From Octopus sinensis (lineage: Eukaryota): a stretch of 64,000 bases of DNA. The stretch lies in assembly GCF_006345805.1 (NCBI RefSeq), contig NC_042997.1, forward strand, positions 40,486,001 to 40,550,000, read 5' to 3'. Shown one piece after another: positions 54,603-64,000 of this stretch. The notes below the pieces were generated by a model. It made no database searches, was not told the DNA's origin, and was given only the letters and a program-made list of their open reading frames with translations. The position numbers and the translations under genes were made by a program. How positions within the stretch are numbered: position 1 is the stretch's first letter; every line of letters begins with the position of its first letter.

Positions 54603-55185
54603 CAATCATTATGATTTCCTGGGTCTTACCAGTCCGCGTTTACTGCTAGTTGCTTTTTTTCTTTTTAATATTTCAAAGGATGTATACTACGGAACGTAAT
54701 TAGTTAGCTAGAACTGAGACATAAACCAGATAGTCTCAACGGCATCAATAATATATGTGAATTTCTGAACGATCGAAATTCCGATCATCCAATTACTGAA
54801 CTTTGTGTTCTCTTTGTACCTTTGTGATTTAAACCCAAAACGTTTTATTTATTTAGAGTCTTTCTTTTTTTCACGCTATAAATTTTCGGATATAGATTTT
54901 ATTGATATTTTCTTAATTCAAATGAGATACAGATATGAACTTATTAGCGTCGGTTTCTCACCTAAATACTCCGGGAACAGAAGTGAAAACAAGTATTTAT
55001 TCCATTTCGTATGAAAAAATATTCATAATCAAACCGTACGTTATAGGTTGGAGAGATTAGGAACCATGATTAGGAACCATGATTTATTTTTCTGCAACTT
55101 TTCGCTAGACAGTCGAGAACGTCTACAAGCAAAAACTGCTAGTTCTAAGATCTCTCTAAGAGATCAATGCAGTAGTTGTACTAAC

Positions 55186-55541
55186 AAGTAATATTTGTAG
55201 CCACTTCAACATGACTGTCCGTTCGAGCGGACTCTACTGCGATTTTTTTAACGCCAAGAGGACACCTTCTCTAGCTGGTTAACGATGTAGAGCTGCATTC
55301 GATAACTTGCGATCAGGGAGCTACTGCCATTTCTAGCAGATGAGATGTCCAGTACTGAATGAGTGGCAGAATTAACTCGAAATCAGGACTGGTCTGCTGA
55401 TCTTGTCCCTAGAAGGTGGTAGGGGATCGCTCCCCTTCTCTCAATTTATCAGATGCAGCTAGAGATATCCACTTAGGGTTAAAAAATTGCAGCAGAGTCC
55501 GTTCGAATGGACAAACATGTTGAAGTGGTTTCGAATATTAC

Positions 55542-55543
<2 letters not shown>
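55186..55543. mobile_element. MITE-like element with about 70-bp imperfect terminal inverted repeats
   Basis: AAGTAATATT..CCACTTCAACATG..GTCC.TTCGA.CGGACTCT.CTGC.ATTTTTTAAC is inverted at both ends; TSD unresolved. Confidence 0.75.
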
Positions 55544-55948
<405 letters not shown>

Positions 55949-56233
55949 ATATATATATATATATATATGTATGTATATATATATACATATATATATATAT
56001 ACATATATATTTCTCAGTGTGTGATATTCCTAACACAATGAAAACTTGTTCGTGACTCCGAAAGTTTCTACCATCAATAGAGAATGAGAACTAATCAGAT
56101 ATGCTATGAGTGTGTGGGTGTAAGTGTTTTGCTCCACAGATTGGTGGAAGGTAATGTCAAATACCATTTTTTCTATTTTGTACTATATAGAGTATTAAAG
56201 ACAATAGGAATATAACCATACTACAAAACAATA

Positions 56234-56299
<66 letters not shown>

Positions 56300-57289
56300 T
56301 TATAAATATATATATATATATATACATATCTATATGTATATATTTATATATATATATATACATATATATATGTATGTATGCATGTATGTATGTATGTATG
56401 TATGTATGCATTGTTAATTCATATCGCTAATCCAGTATATATCTTTGGATATTTCGCATATATCTCTTTCTGAAACTGCAATAAGATATGCTCATGTGCT
56501 TGATAACAAATTAGCAGAAATGGAAATGAATTTTACTCTTTTTCAATGTTCAATATTGTTGAGCTTTATTCCAGATCATGTAAGAAATATTGTGAATGAC
56601 GTCATTCATTATCAGACAATGAACTCTGCAAATGAAAACGAAAGATTTGTTTTGTTTTTGTTTTCGTTTTTCTTTTTCACAATCACTCGCAGAAGTTTTG
56701 TATGTATGTGTATATAAGATGATAATTTGTCAAATATGACGATGACATAGTAACTGTCGAGAGTATTTAGAAGTCAGATGAAAGTAAAAAGAGAAAGAAA
56801 GAAGAAAGGGAAAGAAGAAAAGGATGCTTAAAGTTATCATGTTTCTTCATTGGTAATCAATAAAAGCAATGGTTTCGACAACGTAGCACTTCAACAGTAG
56901 ACCTAACCATCCATATGATCAAAGAATCACAACTACTTTCGTCTACATTACACGTTCCGTGCGAAGGAAGCAACAGATGCGGCAGTATTTCGTTTTCGCA
57001 GTGTGTGTCACTCCTAACGCTGCAATGGAAATCTGTTCGTGACTCCGAAAGTTTCTGCCATCAATAAAGAATGAAAACTAATCAGATATGCTGTCAGTGT
57101 GTGGGTGTAAGTGTTTTTTTCCACAGATTGGTAGAAGGTAATGTCAAGTACTATTCTTTCTATCATAGTTGTACTATATGGGGTAATAAAGGCAACAGGA
57201 ATATAACCATACTACAAAACAAAATATGGAAACTAAAGAGAGCGGAACTAAATTCCATATCCTCCGGAGAATTCTTGGAAGATGCGAGC

Positions 57290-57560
57290 CCTAGATTTAT
57301 GTCCCACGAATTTGGTAATTCGAGTGAGAACTTTAAACGAACGAATCACAGGAACACTTCGTAGACTTAAAAACAAACGTAAGCATTTACAGAGATACTT
57401 AGAATCGCAATAGCACCAGATATAGAAGATCTATCATACCGAAACGACTCAGCCAATCTACAGAGTTGAATTGGTCGAATCTTTAGAACGTCAGATAAAA
57501 TGGCTGACGCGATTTGTTCCGGCTTTTTACGCATCGAACTGATAAGTTGGTGTCGTTTTT
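57290..57560 (+). mobile_element. Possible decayed PLE GIY-YIG remnant
   Basis: RTLNERIT(E)H-like motif with a frameshift. Confidence 0.3.
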
Positions 57561-58933
57561 TTTTTAAAGCAAAAAGGTTTCGTGAAACCATTTTTGTATT
57601 CTACAAAACTTCTATAGCAAATATCGCTTGTCAAGGAAGTCATCAAGTGTCGTTCGTTGAGGCAGCGAATGGAAATTTTTCTGTTATTATGGTTTTCAGA
57701 AACAAATGAACTTTTCCATTACCTTCCAGTGCTGTCTGTGTGTTTATTGTTGTAGTTTAACCTCTGGCCAGTCTTCAATCGAGCAAACGTGCTATCTAAT
57801 GTCACCCAGCCATGGTCAACAACTTATTTGTTTGTTTAGTACATCTAGAACTACATTATCCATTCTCTTTCCGGTTCTAAGATGGTATGATATGATTTGA
57901 GGAAAATATAGCTGCTCTGTCTAGCAACTTCTGTGACCACGCAGAAGGCGTTCCAGGATATTCACCCGCTTATTACGGTACAAAGAAATGTTCTGTGTTA
58001 TTTTTTCTCACCCTATTGTTGAATAGGTTGCTACAAATCGACACAACATAGAAAACTAATATTGAACACAAAGAGGCGAAATCATTGGTTGAACATTTGC
58101 ACAACCGGACAGAATAAAACCGGATGCGAACTGACTGTAAAAGATTGTCTATAATAGCTGAATTTAGGCACAAACTAACAATCAACAATAACACCAGCAA
58201 TAAACAACTGACAGTCGGTGTCCTACGCTATCACTTATCTTACTAAACATCGCAGCCAAATCTCTCTCAAAACAAAACATAAAGTATTAAAATAAGCACA
58301 TTTGCGAAGTGTAGAACGATTTCTGTTATGTCTGTAGAAAAGCCTGAATTGCCGCAGTTAGAAAATATTCGATCGTAGACTATTTAACAAAATCGATATT
58401 AGCGTGTTTATCTCACTCAGTCCTGGAATCCACAATAACGGGCGCAGACGTAGTCGTGTGTTTCAGAAGTTCTTTTTGCAATTTAGTACTTTCAGTTTCA
58501 TTTCCAATGTGTCATGTTAAGTACCTTTCTTCTCTCATAGCTTTGGATCAACGAAATTTAGTAGATAGGACTTTCTGCCTGCCGGAATGACCGTTCCTGT
58601 TCTTCGAAGGTAGACTTAAGCCGTCAGTCATTTTAACTCTATATCTAACACTTGAGTGCTGGTAACAGAGTCCTGCATTACGCAAGCATTCTGGCCAGGT
58701 CCCTCGTGTGAGGATAAATTTTCTCTCGCCAGATTTACCCATTCTGTATATATAAAATACAAAATGGGACAAGAAGGCAAAATATCTGGACAGCTAGGTG
58801 ATACAAATATGGGACAACAAAACACCCAGATAGACGATACAAAGAAAACAAGGACGGATCATTCGAAGTTTTCTTTCCTCAGTCAAGCACCAGATTATCC
58901 TCGCAATTTCGGCTGATTATACTTGAGATTGCT

Positions 58934-58972
<39 letters not shown>

Positions 58973-59047
58973 AACGCACGCACGCACACACATATGTGTG
59001 TGTGTTTGTATTGTATGTTTGTATATATATATATATATATGTATGTT

Positions 59048-59094
<47 letters not shown>

Positions 59095-59510
59095 ATACAC
59101 ATGTATATACATATATGTATGTATATTGATAGATAGATAGATCATTTCTCATTTCATAACATACTTGATATTCATCTATTTTCATTTATTTTTTAATTTT
59201 CACCCCATCAACCTTGTCACTTTGATTTTGATTGAGAATTGCATTAAGAGTTCAAGTGTCTCCGGAATACTCAGCTTTTTACACGTTTATTCCACGATTA
59301 TAAATTCGGTTTCTGAAACTAATAAATGCTCACCGTCGAAACCGACGGAAAATTTCTCATGTTCAACTGCTATTTCTGTATTTATTACTGTACGAAGGAT
59401 TTCTGAATAGAAGCACTGCCACTTAAGACAGAGAATGTAGAAAATGTGGATATGTGCCAAAAAATTACGGTGAAAGGCGTTGGCGGAAAGGATTGTTTAA
59501 ATATGAGTGC

Positions 59511-59574
<64 letters not shown>

Positions 59575-59581
59575 CCGATAA

Positions 59582-59626
<45 letters not shown>

Positions 59627-59725
59627 GAGAGAGAATAATTAAACCCATACCATGGTTTCACATATATATCTAAATGGATCAAGGTGATCCACCGTCGATA
59701 GACAACAAGATTAGTTCTAACTCAC

Positions 59726-59769
59726 CTGTACAAGCCCTGCGGTTTGTTGCTAATCGGCAGGATAGCTTC
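59726..59769 (-). CDS. Candidate 44-nt exon (EAILPISNKPQGLY)
   Basis: Consensus donor CAG|GTGAGT; weak acceptor GGGTTTCAG; phase 0 to 2 joins exon 38361-38387. Confidence 0.3.
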
Positions 59770-60333
59770 CTGAAACCCTACTATGGATGTAATTACTTAC
59801 AATCATATACACATATACCCAAGCACATATATAATCTGTAGATATAGCTGTCTACCTGTCCCCACCTCTCTCTCCCTCTGCATATGTCTATGTATATGAA
59901 TGTGTGCGATTCGGTGTGTTTCTGTAGTTTGTGAAGGAAGATATTTTAGTCACTCCCCTGTCTTTTCCAGATGAATGTAGACAGGCATACTAATTGTCAA
60001 TTATAACATTTTTCCCTCAGAAATTATATTTTACTAAAAACTAAGCTAGGTATCGCATTCCTCAAGCAATAGTTTTATACTTTATATTTTTATATTTTTA
60101 ATGATCGTGACTATCTTTACACAATTATAACAGACGTATCAGCCAAACTAGCAACACAGTGAAATCGGCTGCGTATGGAACAATTTCCTTACTACTAAAA
60201 TACTATCATACTGGAATACAATCTCTTTCCAAAATGGATAACCATCTACACAAACACAAATGCAGAATACACAACAATGCAAGCAGATAAAATACTCACA
60301 CATACCACACACTCTAACTCACAAACACAACTC

Positions 60334-60398
<65 letters not shown>

Positions 60399-60427
60399 TA
60401 CATAATGTTGACGTTATGAGAACTTCA

Positions 60428-60682
60428 TTAATTTTCGAGAAAGAACGTGAAATAATTCTCTTTCTCTAATATTATTGATTCTCGAAAAACATCACATGAA
60501 CCTATTTATAGTGGAAAAGTAAATATTGTGTTGAAAAACCCTTTGGATGTAAAAAGCACAGTTTTCTAAACAAAGGTGTTTTTCAACCCAATATTTACTT
60601 TTCCACTATTTATAGATTCAGGTGATCTGTTTTCGAGAACCAACATTCCAAAATGAATTATTTCATTCTCTCCGAAAAGTTT
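60428..60682. mobile_element. About 255-bp imperfect fold-back (MITE-like)
   Basis: Inner arms 60479 to about 60550 and about 60570-60639 (ATAGTGGAAAAGTAAATATTG.GTTGAAAAAC and its complement); outer arms also match. Confidence 0.75.
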
Positions 60683-60749
60683 TTTAAAACTTTTACGAAG
60701 TCACCTATGTGTGTGTGCTTTGTATGTCTGTGTGAATGTGTGTCTGTAT

Positions 60750-60795
<46 letters not shown>

Positions 60796-61069
60796 TTATA
60801 TATATATATAATATATATATATATATTATATATATATATATATATATATTAATCAATTTAGGGTAGCAAAAAATTCAGTAAAAATTTATCGCTACCAGCG
60901 GCCTAGTGGAAAAGAGAAAATAGTCAAAGACTAAATATATATAAATATAACAATTTAGGAATGGCCTAAACAGGCCATTCGTCCACCAGAAAGAGCAGCC
61001 AGAACTCAAACCGCCAAGTAGTGCAATTCGGAAATAAGGTGAAAATTTAAAAACGTTTACCCTAATTCA

Positions 61070-61170
61070 TCTTTTATACGATGCATCGTTTCGGTGTTTT
61101 TAATGATAGACCAGCTTAATTAAATTAAATTAAGCTAGTCTACCATAGGTCACACTTCATCAGTAAAAGA
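61070..61170 (-). ncRNA. Type I hammerhead ribozyme, copy 1 (predicted cleavage between 61077 and 61076)
   Basis: Stem I TCTTTTA/TAAAAGA; CTGATGA; stem II GTGT/ACAC plus a 19-bp extension with two G.U pairs; GAAA; palindromic stem III ACGATGCATCGT; GUA. Confidence 0.88.
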
Positions 61171-61544
61171 AACCTGGGAGAGACGAATATACACGAGGCG
61201 ACTGTATCAATGCCTCGGGAATATCTGTCTTAAAATTTTCAAGACCAACGCATTCGCGCCAAACTTATCGGCAGCAAATATAAACTGCCGATTCAATCTC
61301 AGAATTAGTCAGAAAATTATCAATTAATCAATTTAGGGTAGCAAAAAATTCAGTAAAAATTTATCGCTACCAGCGGCCTAGTGGAAAAGAGAAAATAGTC
61401 AAAGACTAAATATATATAAATATAACAATTTAGGAATGGCCTAAACAGGCCATTCGTCCACCAGAAAGAGCAGCCAGAACTCAAACCACCAAGTAGTGCA
61501 ATTCGGAAATAAGGTGAAAATTTAAAAACGTTTACCCTAATTCA

Positions 61545-61645
61545 TCTTTTATACGATGCATCGTTTCGGTGTTTTTAATGATAGACCAGCTTAATTAAAT
61601 TAAATTAAGCTAGTCTACCATAGGTCACACTTCATCAGTAAAAAA
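61545..61645 (-). ncRNA. Type I hammerhead ribozyme, copy 2 (predicted cleavage between 61552 and 61551)
   Basis: Identical to copy 1 except one stem I change that turns a G-C pair into G.U. Confidence 0.86.
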
Positions 61646-62889
61646 AACCTGGGAGAGGCGACTGTATCAATGCCTCGGGAATATCTGTCTTAAAATTTTC
61701 AAGACCAACGCATTCCGAATTGCACTACTTGGCGGTTTGAGTTCTGGCTGCTCTTTCTGGTGGACGAATGGCCTGTTTAGGCCATTCCTAAATTGTTATA
61801 TATATATATATATATATACTTGTATATATATATATATGTATACATATGTATGTATGTATGTAGGTGTTTATATATATATATGTGTGTGTGTGTGTAGGTG
61901 TGTGTATATATATATTTATATATATGTATCTGTGTGTGTGTGGAGGAGTATGCATATATACTATGTATATGAATTTCAATATACGTGAATCCGAGAATAG
62001 TTCATTTGCGCGTATGAGTGTTCATAAAAGACATTCTGACTTTCATGACTCTCTCAAGGGCATTATATGCGAACTGAATGACTTCTACCAGCTCACCGAA
62101 ATTAAGACTTATCTACGTCTTAAGTATGAATAATTAAAGTATGGAACCACAGTATTAGATGTAAAACAATACTGAACATGTCTGGATTCGAAGTGAGCAT
62201 TAGGTGGGGTTAAAGCTAAGTTTTTTTTTATTCAATTAGACATATGTTCTGTCAAAGTAAAGCAGAAAACTTTAAAACTATCTTCTGTAAGATTTTTCAT
62301 CTTCTAAGCTGATGTTCATGAACTTTGAACTAACTCAGACGAGATCTATACTTCCTACTAATACAATTTTTTTTTTTCAACAATTCTTCTCTGAAGCGCA
62401 AATATCTCGTTTCATATGCATAATACATCTCTGCGCTCCGCTTTTACAATGGTAAGTTCGCCATGTTGCACTCTACATTCAACTTCTTTTATAAAAATAG
62501 TGGATGCTTCAGTGTAGAATCAACAGTCTTAATCATTTACCTATCTCATGTATGGGATTCAGTAGTAAAAGCTTCCAGTTCCTCTGGCTCATATTTCTGT
62601 TCGCTGTTTCTCTACACTTATTTACTGTGCGTGTCGCCCTTCGACCTCCTCGATACACTAGCGGCAATACGTTTAAGTATAACTCTCGGCATCTCTCACA
62701 ACATTAAAAAGGCTACAACCCGAAATTACTGGGCTGTGGGGTGAGGAACGTTTATACGTCTGTACGACTGGAGTAAATATTCAATAATAATTCTTTCCAA
62801 TTGCGCACTTGTAGTGATGGATCACATTGAATCAAAAAGAAAATGCTGAAATCGTGGTTCTTCTGACCACAGTATCTTTCTACGCTTCT

Positions 62890-63085
62890 TTAGGCACAAG
62901 GCCTGGACTTTTGCCGGGAGACTTTTGTCCATTATATCGACTCCGGTGCTCGATTGTTACTTATTTTATCGGCCCCAAAAGAATGAAAGGCAAAGTCGGT
63001 CTCAGCCGAATTTGAACTCAGAACGTAAAGCCAGAAGAAATGTCGCTAATCCTTTTGTCCGGCGTGCTAATGATTCTACTACCTT
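62890..63085 (-). mobile_element. SINE family B
   Basis: TTACTTATTTTATCGGCCCCAAAAGAATGAAAGGCAAAGTCGG...GAATTTGAACTCAGAACG. Confidence 0.85.
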
Positions 63086-63765
63086 GGGGGAGAAAAAAGA
63101 GGGGTGTGAAAATAAGGGAGAAGATAACATGCGAACCAGTTTAGTATTGGTTGAATTTACTTCCGTCAAAAGATAGGTTATATGTATATTTTACAATAAC
63201 CTCTTCCTTCCCGATAACACTAAAGGTACAATAGGTTCTACTTTTCTACTCAGATGGTCCTGAATACTTCATAAGTTTTAAATAACACTAGCGCTACACC
63301 CAATCCACTAACATCCGCTTGAAACATAAACACACAGACAAGCATACAAACATCAATTGACCCTCTACGAAATAAAGAAGAAGAAATCTTTGAAGATTGC
63401 TGCAATGTTTGATAAGCATAAATAGAAATAATCCGTTATTCAACGAACTGAACGGTGAAATAAAGCGACTATTTTATCCTTCGAATGCGTCATTGTAAAA
63501 CCGAAATGGCATCCGAAAATTATGTCAACTTCAGCAACAAATAAAACATAACACGCCCTGAATCATGTAAGTTGAAGTAAGGCATTGTTTTTTGCTTGTT
63601 TTTCAAAACCTTCCTCCGTTTTAAATTTCTGTCTGCCTGCGTGCCTGCCCACCTACCTACCTACATACCTACCTAAATACATACACACACACACACATAC
63701 ATACATACATACATGCATGCATACATACATACATACATACATACAATCATACATACATACTGGTC

Positions 63766-63864
63766 GAATGTACCAGTGAAGACCTCAATAAACTGTAAGC
63801 ACAACAAGCCTGATATAGTGATTTGGGATGGAGAAGAGAAACTGTGCACAGTTGTAGAAATTAA
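63766..63864 (+). mobile_element. Short REL endonuclease fragment of an R4/NeSL-type LINE
   Basis: NVPVKTSINCKHNKPDIVIWDGEEKLCTVVEI (PD...E motif). Confidence 0.75.
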
Positions 63865-64000
63865 CATAAATTAACGTACATTTATACACACATATTAATA
63901 ATGTTTAGACATTCCCATCAAGATTTCGACCAAATGCAAATATAACAGAAAAGAAAAATTCCTTTTTAGTCATAGTGTCCGCGAGAAGTAGAGTATATCT

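Larger units (their letters stand above)
60848..61802 (-). mobile_element. Retrozyme/PLE-pLTR-like element: 475-bp unit, second partial unit, then an inverted ~87-bp segment, flanked by (TA)n
   Basis: Unit 1 60848-61322; unit 2 61323-61715; inverted copy of about 60944-61030 at 61716-61802; each unit has a hammerhead ribozyme. Confidence 0.85.

Noticed and set aside
60848-61715. CRISPR-like or satellite interpretation of the direct repeats
   Set aside because: There are only two long units, no spacers and no cas genes, in a eukaryotic context.

Overview
AT-rich, repeat-dense eukaryotic DNA, probably intronic. It is most likely an octopod cephalopod (Octopus-like), inferred from the SINE families, the R4/Dong-type LINE fragments and the extreme (TA)n/(TAA)n microsatellite load. 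There is no CRISPR array, rRNA, true tRNA or long intact ORF, and nearly all entries in the ORF track are microsatellite translations. The window holds four tRNA-derived SINE families (labelled A-D here), decayed LINEs (R4/Dong-type REL elements, RTE, CR1/L2, possible Tx1/L1), Penelope-like (PLE) remnants, a decayed Tc1/mariner transposase, MITEs and a non-autonomous Helitron. A chain of frame-compatible short exon candidates on the minus strand may belong to an unidentified host gene. The most striking signal is a set of hammerhead ribozymes (HHRs) inside (TA)n-embedded non-coding elements. First, a 475-bp tandem dimer at 60848-61715 carries a type I HHR in each copy on the minus strand, which is a retrozyme/PLE-pLTR-like arrangement able to release a 475-nt circularisable RNA. 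Second, a 322-bp near-perfect palindrome at 8637-8958 carries back-to-back HHRs. All coordinates and alignments were read by eye.
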